Assembly (NCBI GenBank): GCA_013329055.1 | Contig: DUKY01000016.1 | Coordinates: 4,559 to 68,558, forward strand | Source: Nanobdellota archaeon | GTDB taxonomy: Archaea; Nanobdellota; Nanobdellia; Pacearchaeales; GW2011-AR1 | Reading direction: 5' to 3' | DNA: 64,000 nucleotides | Part shown: in pieces, positions 39,624-52,100 of the stretch | How the letters are laid out: each line of letters begins with the position of its first letter | How positions within the stretch are numbered: the stretch's first letter is position 1 | Notes under the pieces: model-generated | What the model was told of the DNA's origin: nothing | Database searches by the model: none | The model's input: the letters and a program-made list of their open reading frames with translations, nothing else | Translations under genes and position numbers: made by a program

Positions 39624-40084
39624 GAAAAAAAGAATTTGATTATTATATATTTATTGATTATTCTGAAGATTTAATTGGATACAATATTATTGAAAATAAT
39701 AATGTAGATAAAATACTTCCAAAAATCTCGAGATTTAGACATTATAAGGGTTCTAAAGATAGAAAAATTTATTTACAGCATATCAAAGATATGATTCAAC
39801 GAGAAAAAATAAAATCTTACTTTTTAAAATTAAAAATTTGTGATATGAGAGATAATATGGAGGTATTTATTGATGTTTTGGATTTTATTAATAAACATGA
39901 TAACTGTATTATTTTTATTTGTGTAGATAACAATCAATATTCTAATTTTAAGAAACTTGTAGGAATTGTTGATGGTGAAAAGACAAAAGTTGTAAAAGAA
40001 AGCAGTTTGAAGAAAAAAAGTTCGGAATATCAATTAAGTTTAATCCTTGATAATTTATTAAATATAGAAAGGAGGAAACGATAG
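39620..40084 (+). CDS. possible DUF3800-like (RNase H fold) protein
   Basis: YIFIDYS N-terminus, FICVD, C-terminal Q..LILD; divergent. Confidence 0.5.
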   Translation: MRKKEFDYYIFIDYSEDLIGYNIIENNNVDKILPKISRFRHYKGSKDRKIYLQHIKDMIQREKIKSYFLKLKICDMRDNMEVFIDVLDFINKHDNCIIFICVDNNQYSNFKKLVGIVDGEKTKVVKESSLKKKSSEYQLSLILDNLLNIERRKR

Positions 40085-40150
40085 AGTAAGTAGGTCCGTC
40101 TATCCTACTAACCGCATCAAGTACGGGATTCGTCAGGACCTGTTCCTCTA
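40082..40150 (+). ncRNA. candidate structured RNA downstream of the DUF3800-like gene
   Basis: GC-rich island; tagag/ctcta and aggtcc/ggacct closing stems. Confidence 0.4.
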
Positions 40151-40169
40151 ACTTAAAAAAAGAAGCAAA

Positions 40170-43100
40170 ATGAAATATAAAAAGGTTTTGGTTGATATGA
40201 AAAATAAATTATTAATTCTAACTTTAGTTGCTTTGACAATTATAGGGGTTGTTATCGCACAAAACCAAAGTTTAGAGGAAGAATTAGCAAGTCTTGAAGA
40301 AGAGTTAGTTAATGCAGGATTTGACTGGTTAGTCAATGCAACGATTGATGAAAACTTAGATACTTCAACCATTGAAGTTTTCACCCAAAATGGAAATGAA
40401 ACTCTTGCAGTATTTGAAAACATTCAAGAAGAAAAATTTTACAAAATTTATTTAACTAATTTAAACGGAACACAGGATGTTTTTGATTTAAGGATTAATG
40501 GAAGTATTGAATTTGACCAGATTTTGGACCCCGCTCCAACAATGTCAACAGTTAAAATAAACTCCACAACAAACGCATCAAACGAAAATCTTAAAGGATA
40601 TTGTAATGCAACAGATGCTGATGGAGATGATTTAGCATATCAATATCAGTGGTATAATGGTTCAACTGTTTATTTGAATGGAACTTTGTTTAAGGAAGGA
40701 ACGATTTCTACAGGAAATCTTCACACTTGTGGGATTAGAGCAAATGATTCAAGAGTATTATGCTGGGGGGAAGGAGCCAATGGAAGATTAGGAGATGAAG
40801 GGACTGGAGATAATACCGTTCCAAATATTACGACAGATAATTCTCCCTATTCAAGTGTGAGTGCGGGATATCAACACACTTGTGGTATTAGACAAAATGA
40901 TTCAAGAGTTTTATGTTGGGGATATGGTGATTTTGGGCAACTTGGAGATGGAAATTCTACAAGCCATAATGTTTTAAACCCAAATTTAACTACAGATTCA
41001 TCTGCCTATTCAAGTGTAAGTGCAGGATATATACACACCTGTGGAATTCGAGCAAATGATTCAAGAGTTTTATGCTGGGGATATGGTGGTTCTGGAAGAT
41101 TGGGAGATGGAGATTCTACAAGTCATAATGTTTCAAACCCGAATTTAACTACAGATTCATCGGCTTATTTAAGTGTTAGTTCAGGAATTTCTTCTCATAC
41201 TTGTGGTATTCGAGCTAATGACTCAAGAGTTTTATGTTGGGGAGATTCAGGATCTGGAAAACTTGGAGATGGACAAGCTTCAACAGATAGAACTTCACCT
41301 TATCCCACGACAGATAATTCTTCTTATTCAAGTGTAAGTGCAGGATATTCACACACTTGTGGAATTAGAACTAATGATTCGAGAATTTTATGTTGGGGGC
41401 AAGGAGATTATGGACAGCTTGGAGATGGTAGTACTTCTGCACATTACAGTTCTGATCCAAATGTCACTACTGATTCTTCTGCTTATGCAAATATAAATGC
41501 AGGAGATTACCATACTTGTGGTATTAGAGCTAATGATTCGAGAGTTTTATGTTGGGGAACTGGAGATGATGGGCAAGTTGGTGATGGAACAAGTACTGAG
41601 AGAACAAATCCAACCCTTACATCAGATACATCTGCTTACTCAAGTATAAGTGCTGGAGGAGACAATGCTCTTGGCAGGAGTCATACATGTGGTATTCGAG
41701 CTAGTGATGGAAGAGTTTTATGCTGGGGGGATGGAGGTTATTATCAAACAGGAGATGGAGGGACTACAGATAATACTGTACCGACTCTTACATCAGACAG
41801 TTCACCTTATAAAAAAGGATTTTCTTCAGGCGAAGAAATCCTAATTTCAATCTTAGGAAATTCTTTTTTAAATAAAAATAATATCTGGAAATTGAGTTGC
41901 AGAGCTTATGATTTTACAGAATATTCATCTTGGATGAATAGTTCAACTGTTACTATTTCTGATGGTCGTTCTCCAATAATGGTCATAAATTCTCCGCAAA
42001 ATATTACTTACACAACATCAACAATAATATTTAATATAACTGCTACAGATGAAAGTGGTGTTGGTGTTTGCAAATATTCTTTAGATGGAGCAACCAATAA
42101 ATCAATGACAAACATTACTGCAAGTCAATGGAATGCAACAAATTCGTCTATGACAAATCAAACTCATACTGTAAAATTCTATTGCAATGATTCTTTAGGA
42201 AATATGGGCGACACTCAAACTATATTTAGGATTAATAATAATCCGATAGTTCAAACAGCAACAATAAACTCAACAACAAATAAATCAAATGAAAGCATAA
42301 AAGGATATTGCAATGCAACTGATACAGATGGCGATGATTTGATTTACCAATATCAATGGTATAATGGTTCAACAGTTTATTATAACGGAACTTTGTTTAA
42401 GGAAGATAGTATTTCTGCTAGTTTTGAATATACTTGTGGTATTCGAGCAAGTGACTCAAGAGTTTTATGTTGGGGAGAAGGATCATACGGAAGACAGGGT
42501 GATGGAAGTACTACAGATAATTTAGTACCAACCCTAACCTCAGACATATCCCCCTACATAAGTGTAAGTACAGGATATCAACATACTTGCGGTATTAGAG
42601 TTAATGATTCAAGAGTTTTATGCTGGGGAGAATCTTTATATGGAAGATTAGGTGATGGACAAAATGGAGTAGATGTTTTGAACCCAAATTTAACTACAGA
42701 TAATTCTTCTTACATAAGTGTAAGTGCTGGATACTATTTCTCTTGTGGAATACGAGCTAATGATTCAAGAGTTTTATGTTGGGGAGATTCATTATATGGA
42801 CAATTAGGAGACGGACAAACCACTTTTGATATGAATACATCAACTTTAACAACAGATACTTCAGCTTATTCAAGCATCAGTGCAGGATATCAACATACTT
42901 GCGGTATTAGAGTTAATGACTCAAGAGTATTATGTTGGGGAGAAACTGCAAATGGAAGAGTTGGTGATGGACAAACAACCACAGACAGAACTTCACCATA
43001 TCAAACCACAGATTCATCTGCCTATTCAAGTGTAAGTGCTGGAAGTTTGCATACTTGTGGGATTAGAGCAAATGATTCAAGAGTTTTATGTTGGGGGGAA

Positions 43101-46100
43101 TCTTTATATGGAAGATTAGGAGATGGACAAAATGGAGTAGATGTTTTAAATCCAAATCTTACAACAGATTCTTCTGCTTATACAAGTATAAGTGCAGGAA
43201 TGAGACATACTTGTGGAATTAGAACTAATGATTCAAGAATTTTATGTTGGGGAGAAGGAGAATATGGAAGACTTGGGGATGGAAATAATTCTATACATAA
43301 TGTAGTAAGTCCAAATATTACTACTGATTCTTCTGTCTATTCAAGTGTAAGTGCAGGAGATTACCATACTTGCGGTATTCGGGCAAGTGATGGGAGAGTA
43401 TTATGTTGGGGACAATCTGATTATTATCAACTCGGAGATGGACAAAATACTTTAGACAGAAATGAATCAACTTTAACAACAGACACTTCTGCCTACAAAA
43501 AAGGTTTTGGTTCTGGTAATGAAACTTTAGTTTCAATTTTAGGAAATGCTTTTATTAAAAAAGGCGAAATATGGAAAATGGGTTGCCGAGCTTATGATTT
43601 TAATGGTTATTCCTCTTGGATGAATAGTTCAACTATTACTATTTTAAGTGGTCCACCAACAATGGCAACTGTTAAAATAAACTCAACGACAAGTACTACT
43701 TCAGATAATATTAATGGTTACTGTAATGCAACAGACAAAGACGGCGACGATTTAGCATACCAATATCAATGGTATAACGGCTCAACTGTTTATTTTAACG
43801 GAACGATTTTCAAGGATGGAAGTATTTCTACTGGATACTATTTCTCTTGTGGAATTCGAGCGAATGATTCAAGAGTTTTATGTTGGGGACAGGGATTATA
43901 CGGACAACTTGGAGATGGGCAAAATACTATTAATAGAACTTCCCCTTATCTGACAACAGATATATCTTCTTACAAAATGATAAGTGCAGGATATTATCAT
44001 ACTTGTGGTATTAGAGCTAATGATTCAAGAGTATTATGTTGGGGAGAAACAGCAAACGGAAGGGTTGGTGATGGGCAAACCACTACAGATAGAACTTCAC
44101 CATATCAAACCACAGACACATCAGCTTATTCAAGTATAAGTGCAGGACTATTGCATACTTGTGGTATAAGAACTAATGATTCAAGAGTATTATGTTGGGG
44201 AGAATCTTTATATGGAAGATTAGGTGATGGACAAAATGGTGTAGATGTTTTAAATCCAAATGTTACTACAGATAATTCTTCTTATTTTAGTGTAAGTGCA
44301 GGAGGGTATCATTCTTGTGGAATTCGAGCAAATGATTCAAGGGTTTTATGCTGGGGATATGGACTTTATGGACAAGTAGGAAATAGTGGAACAACAGACA
44401 ATCTGATTCCAAACGTTACCACAGATACATCTTCTTACAAAAGTGCAAGTGCAGGATATTATCATACCTGTGGTATTAGAAATAATGATTCAAGAGTTTT
44501 ATGCTGGGGAAGGGGAGATTGGGGAAATTTAGGGGATAGTGAAATAACAAACAATTTGGTTCCAAATTTAACAACAGACACATCTCCTTATACTATTGCA
44601 AATGCAGGATATGTACATACATGCGGAATTAGAACAAATGACTCGCGAGTATTATGCTGGGGATATGGAGCTAATGGACAAGTAGGAGATGGAGAAACAA
44701 CAAACAATCTTGTTCCAAATATTACCACAGATTCATCTATTTATTCAAGTGTAAGTCCAGGAGGTTATCATACTTGCGGAATTCGAGCAAATGATTCAAG
44801 AGTTCTTTGTTGGGGATATGGGACATACGGGCAACTTGGTGATGGTAATAATGCTTCACATAGTGTTTTACGTCCAAATATCACTACAAGCTCATCACCT
44901 TACAAAAAAAGTTTTTCATCCAGCGAAGAAATCTTAGTCTCAATTTTAGGAAATGCATATCTAAATGTCGGTGAAAATTGGTCATTAGGTTGCAGATCTT
45001 ATGATTTTACAGACTATTCATCTTGGATGAATAGTTCAATCTTAACAATTAATTTCCCCCCAGTTATTCAAACAGTTAAAATAAACTCAACAACAAACAA
45101 ATCAAATGAAAATATAAAAGGATATTGCAATGCAACAGACACAGATGGGAATGATTTAATTTATAATTATACTTGGTATAATGGCTCTACTGCTTATATC
45201 AACGGGACTTTGTTTAAAGAAGGAACTATTTCAGCAGGATATGGGCATTCTTGTGGTATTAGAGCTAATGACTCAAGAGTTTTATGTTGGGGAGAAGGAT
45301 CAAATGGAAGACAAGGAGATGGACAAGTAACAGATAATTTAATCCCAACTTTAACTACAGATATCTCTGCCTATTCAAGTGTAAGTGCTGGTGGATATTT
45401 TCATACTTGTGGTATTCGAGCAAATGACTCAAGAGTTTTATGTTGGGGAGATTCGGCATATGGACAAATCGGAGATGGGCAAATCACCACTGATAGAACT
45501 TCACCATATCAAACCACAGACACATCGGCTTATTCAAGTATAAGTGCAGGAGATTTTCATACTTGTGGTATTCGAGCAAATGACTCAAGAGTTTTATGCT
45601 GGGGAGAATCTGCAAATGGAAGATTAGGAAATGGACAAACCACACCAGATCAATCTAATCCAAATGTTACAACAGACACATCTGCCTATTCAAGCATTAG
45701 TGCAGGAGAACAACATACTTGCGGAATTCGGGCAAATGACTCACGAGTATTATGTTGGGGAGATTCGGCATATGGACAATTAGGAGATGGACAAATTACT
45801 ACTGACAGAACTTCACCGTATTTAACAACAGATTCTTCTGCCTATTCAAGTATAAGTGCAGGGGGTATTCATACTTGTGGTATTAGAACTAATGATTCAA
45901 GAGTACTATGTTGGGGAGAATCTTTGGATGGTAGATTATGGGATGGGCAAGATGGGGTAAATGTTTTAAATCCAAATTTAACTACTGATTCATCTGCTTA
46001 TACAAGTATAAGTGCTGGAGGGTATCATACTTGCGGGATTCGACAAAGTGACTCAAGAGTTTTATGCTGGGGATATTCGGCTTATGGAGCATTAGGAAGC

Positions 46101-49100
46101 GTTTCTGGAGGTCTAACTACTGATTCTTCTGCTTATTTGAGTGTAAGTGCAGGGGGGGATTCTGTTAGAATTCGTGGACATACTTGTGGAATTCGTGCAA
46201 ATGATTCAAGAGTTTTATGTTGGGGAGAATCTGAAAATGGAAGATTAGGAGATGGGCAAGACGGGGTAAATGTATGGAATCCAAATTTAACTACAGATTC
46301 TTCTGCTTATAAAAAAGGTTTTTTTTCCGGAGAAGAAGTTTTAATCTCAACTTTAATGAGTTCTTTCATAACAGCCGGTGAAAGTTGGAAATTCAGTTGC
46401 AGTGCTTATGACTTTATAGAATATTCATCATGGGTAAACAGTACGGCAATGACAATTTTAAGTAGTCCGCCAACAATGTCAACTGTTAAAATAAATTCAA
46501 CTACTAACACAAAAAATGATCCAATTTATGGTTATTGCAATGCAACTGACGAGGAAAGCGACGATTTAATATATCAATACCAATGGTATAACGGTTCAAC
46601 TGTTTATTTTAACGGGACTTTGTTTAAGGATGGGAGTATTTCAGCAGGATGGTATCATACTTGTGGTATTAGACAAAATGATTCAAGGGTATTATGTTGG
46701 GGAAGGGGAGATAATGGAAGACTAGGAGATGGAATTACTGCTAACCATAATAATTCTAACCCAAATATAACTACTGATTCATCTGCTTATTCAAGCGTGA
46801 GTGCAGGATATACTCATACTTGTGGAATCAGATCTAATGATTCAAGAATACTTTGTTGGGGGTATGGACTATGGGGAAATCTGGGAGATGGAGAAACTAC
46901 AGATAACTCAAATCCTAATGTTACTACAGATTTTTCTGCCTATTTAAGTATAAGTGCAGGATACACTCATACTTGTGGAATTCGAGCTAATGATTCAAGA
47001 GTATTATGTTGGGGAAGGGGAAATTATGGAACCCTTGGAGATGGTAGCACTTCTACACATAATACATTAAACCCAAATTTAACCACAGATACATCGGCTT
47101 ATTCAAGTGTAAGTGCGGGATATGTACATACATGCGGAATTAGAACAAATGACTCGCGAGTATTATGTTGGGGATATGGTAATTTTGGACACCTTGGAGA
47201 TGGTAGTACTTCTGCACATAATGTTGGTAATCCAAACATTACAACAAGCACATCTCCTTATTCAAGTATTAGTGCAAGTGCGGGATACCACCATACTTGT
47301 GGCATTCGAGCAAATGATTCAAGAGTACTTTGTTGGGGATATGGTAATAATGGACAATTAGGGGATGGAAGTGCAACGGCTCATAATAATTCTAATCCTA
47401 ATGTTACTACAGATTCATCTTCTTATTCAAGTATAAGTGCAGGGGGATATCACAATTGTGGGATTCGGGCAAATGACTCAAGAGTTCTGTGTTGGGGATA
47501 TGGAACTCAAGGACAGCTGGGAGATGGAGCAGGTGCTGGAAGACCAAACCCCACTCTTATATCAGGTTCATCCATTTATTCAAGTGTTAGTGCAGGAAGT
47601 TATTATCATACATGCGGAATTAGAGCTAATGATAGTAGAGTTTTATGTTGGGGATATGGAAATGACGGGGAATTAGGAGATGGAAGTACCGCTTCACATA
47701 ATGTTTTAAACCCAAATATTACCACAGATTCTTCCCCCTACAAAAAAGGTTTTTCATCCAGCGAAGAAGTCTTAGTTTCAATCTTAGGAAATGCTTATAT
47801 TAATGCAGGTCAAAATTGGTCATTAGGTTGTAGATCATATGATTTTTCTAGTTATTCAGATTGGATGAATAGTTCAGTTATGACTATTAACACTGCACCA
47901 GTTATGCAAACAGTTAAAATAAATTCCACAACTAACACCTCAACAGAAAGCATAAAAGGATACTGCAACGCTACTGATTTTGAAGGAAGTGATTTAGGAT
48001 ACCAATACCAATGGTACAATGGCTCTACACTTTCTATTAATGGAACGATTTTCAAGGAAGGGAGTATTTCTGCAGGATGGTATTCTGCTTGTGGTATTCG
48101 AGCAAATGATTCAAGAGTTGTTTGTTGGGGATATGGAGCATTTGGAGTATTAGGAGATGGTAGTACAACAGATAATCTTATTCCAAATGTAACAGCTGAT
48201 ACATCAGCTTATAAAAGTGTAAGTGTTGGAGATTCTCATGCTTGTGGAATTAGGCAAAATGATTCACGAGTTTTATGTTGGGGAAGATGTTCAAATGATG
48301 CGTGTGGAGATGGGCAAACAACTATAGATAGATATACACCATATCCTATGACTGATTCTTCAGAATATTTGATGATAAGTGCAAGTAACTATTATACTTG
48401 TGGTATTAGAGCTAATGATTCAAGAGTCTTATGCTGGGGATGGGGAGACAGAGGAGAAATGGGAGATGGAATATCAGCAGATCATACAAATCCAATTGCG
48501 ACATTAACAACAGATACTTCCGGATATAAATTTATAATAACAGGGGATGACAGTAGTACACACTCCTGTGGAATTCGAGCAAATGATTCAAGAGTTCTGT
48601 GCTGGGGAGAAGGCAGTGATGGCCAACTTGGAGATGGAGATAATTCTTCACATAATAATCCTAATCCAAACATTACTACAGATTCTTCAGCTTATACAAG
48701 TATAGCTTTAGGATATCTTCATACTTGCGGAATACGAGCAAATGATTCGAGGGTTTTATGTTGGGGAAATGGCTATGCAGGACAATTGGGAGATGGAATT
48801 ATTGCATCACATGAAGTAGGAAATCCTACATTAATTAATGATGCCTCCCCTTATTTAATTATAACATCGGGATATGAAAATACTTGCGGAATTAGACAAA
48901 GTGATAAAAGGGTTTTATGCTGGGGAAGTGGAACTCTGGGAGGGATCGGAAATGGAAATAATGTTGATGTGGGAACGCCAACACTTACATTAGATTCATC
49001 AGCTTATTCAAGGATTACGGGTGGATTTGAGTATTATTGTGGTATTCGAACAAATGATTCAAGAGTTTTATGTTGGGGATATGGAGATTATGGAGCATTA

Positions 49101-52100
49101 GGAGATAGTAGTACAGCAGTGCATAATACATTATTTCCAAATTTAACTGTAGATAATTCTTCTTATGTAAAAGGTTTTTCTTCAGGTAATGAAACTTTAG
49201 TTTCAACTTTAGCGAGTTCTTTCATTAAAAAAGGTGAAAATTGGAAGATAAGTTGCAGAGCTTATGACTTTACAAGTTATTCATCTTGGATGAATAGCAC
49301 AGCAATGACTATTTTAAATGGTCCGCCAGTAATGGCAACAGTAAAAATAAATTCAACTACTAATACAAAAAATGACAGCATTTACGGTTATTGTAATGCG
49401 ACAGATAAAGACGAAGACGATTTAGCTTATCAATACCAATGGTATAACGGCTCAACAGTTTATTTTAATGGGACGATTTTCAAGGAAGGGAGTATTTCTA
49501 CTGGACATTATTTCTCTTGTGGAATTCGGGCTAATGATTCAAGAGTTTTATGCTGGGGACAGGGATTATATGGACAACTTGGAGATGGGCAAAATACTAT
49601 TAATAGAACTTCCCCTTATTTGACAACAGATATATCTTCTTATTCAAGTATAAGTACTGGATATTTTCATGCTTGTGGGATTAGAGCTAATGATTCAAGA
49701 GTATTATGTTGGGGAAGGGGAGAGTGGGGAAATTTAGGGGATAGTGAAATAACAAACAATTTGGTTCCAAATTTAACTACTGATTCATCTGCTTATTCAA
49801 GCGTAAGTGCAGGGGGTTATCATACATGCGGAATTAGAGCTAATGATTCGAGAGTTCTATGTTGGGGATATGGTAATTTTGGGGAACTCGGAGATAGTGA
49901 AACAGGAAATAACTTACGACCAAATATCACAACAGATTCATCTTCTTATTCAAATATAAATACAGGAGGTTATCATACATGTGGAATTAGAACAAATGAT
50001 TCAAGAGTATTATGTTGGGGATATGGATTATATGGACAACGTGGAGATGGACAAACTACAAATACCCAATCAAATCCAAATGTTACGAAAGATACATCTG
50101 CTTACTCAAGTATAAGTGCGGGTGAGGTTCATACTTGTGGGATTAGAGCTAATGACTCTAGAGTATTATGCTGGGGAGAATCACAATATGGAAGGTTAGG
50201 AGATACACAAAATGGAGTAGATGTTTTAAATCCAAATTTAACTACAGATTCATCACCTTATACTATTGCAAATGCTGGATATTTACATACATGCGGAATT
50301 AGACAAAATGATTCAAGAGTTTTATGCTGGGGATATGGAGCTAATGGACAATTGGGAGATGGAGAAAATCCAAATAATTTAATTCCAAATATTACCACAG
50401 ATTCGTCTATTTATTCAAGTGTAAGTCCAGGAGGTTATCATACTTGTGGTATTAGAGCTAATGACTCAAGAGTTTTATGCTGGGGATTTGGGACATATGG
50501 GCAATTAGGTGACGGAAGTAATGCATCGCACAATACATTAAACCCAAACCTCACAACAGATTCATCACCCTACAAAAAAGGTTTCTCATCAAGCGAAGAA
50601 GTCCTAGTCTCAATCTTAGGAAGTGCTTATTTAAACGTAGGTCAAAATTGGAGTTTTGGTTGCCGTGCTTATGATTTTACTAATTATTCATCATGGATGA
50701 ATAGTTCAATTTTAATTGTTAATACTGCACCGATTATGCGAACAGTTAAAATAAACTCTACAACAAATTCTTCAACAGAGAATATAAAAGGATATTGCAA
50801 TGCAACAGATTTTGAAGGGAGTAACTTAGCTTATGGTTATACTTGGTATAACGGTTCAACTGTTTATTTTGATGGAACTTATTTTAGAAAAAATTCTCTG
50901 GCATTAGGAGAAAATCATGTCTGTGGAATTCGAGCAAATGACTCAAGAGTGCTTTGTTGGGGAGATTCAGCATATGGACAATTAGGAGATGGACAAACAA
51001 CTACTGACAGAGCATCACCATATTTAACAAATGATTCTTTAGAATATCTTGGAATTTCTGCAGAAAAAGAATATACTTGTGGTATTCGAGCAAATGATTC
51101 AAGAGTTTTATGTTGGGGAAAATGCGATTTTGGAAGATGTGGAGACGGAAATCTTACAACACATAATAATTTAAATCTAACATTAACGACAGATACTTCT
51201 GCCTATGCAAGTATAAGTGTAGGAGAAGATCATGTCTGCGGTATTAGAGCAAATGATTCAAGGGTTTTATGTTGGGGAGAATGTGATTCTGGAAAATGTG
51301 GAGATGGAAATATATCTAACCATGATGTCGGAAATCCAAATTTAACCACTGATACATCAGCTTATTCAATAATTGCTGCAGGAGGATATCATACTTGTGG
51401 AATTCGGGCTAATGATTCAAGAGTTTTATGTTGGGGATTAGGTGGTAATGGAGAATTGGGTAATGGCTCAATAAGTGATTCTGGAAATCCTCAAATAACA
51501 AGTGATAATTCTGCTTATTCAATGATTACCACTGGATATATATTAACTTGTGGTATAAGGAAAAGTGATTCAAGAGTTTTATGTTGGGGATATTGTGATC
51601 AATATGGAACTTGCGGGGATGGAAATTTTATAGATCATAATAATTTAAATCCAACATTAACTACAGATAGTTCTTCATATAGCACAGTAAAAACAAATGA
51701 TATGTATGCATGTGGTATAAGAAATAGTGATTCGAGAGTTTTATGTTGGGGATACAATTATTATGGAACATTGGGAGATGGAACAACCACTGATAAAGCA
51801 GATCCAACATTAACAACTGATAATTCTGCTTATTTGGATGTTAATATGAATTATCATCACACTTGCGGAATTCGTGCAAATGATTCAAGAGTTTTATGCT
51901 GGGGTAATAATTGGTATGGTGAATTAGGAAATGGCACCACTTCTAGTTATACCTCTTATTCACCAAGAGTCACAGTTGATACTTCACCTTATATTTCAGA
52001 TTTATCTGTACAAGGCAATGAAACTTTAGTTTCAATTTTAGGAAGTGCTTTTTTAAATGCTGGAGAAACTTGGAAGTTCGGTTGCAGAGCATATGATTTT

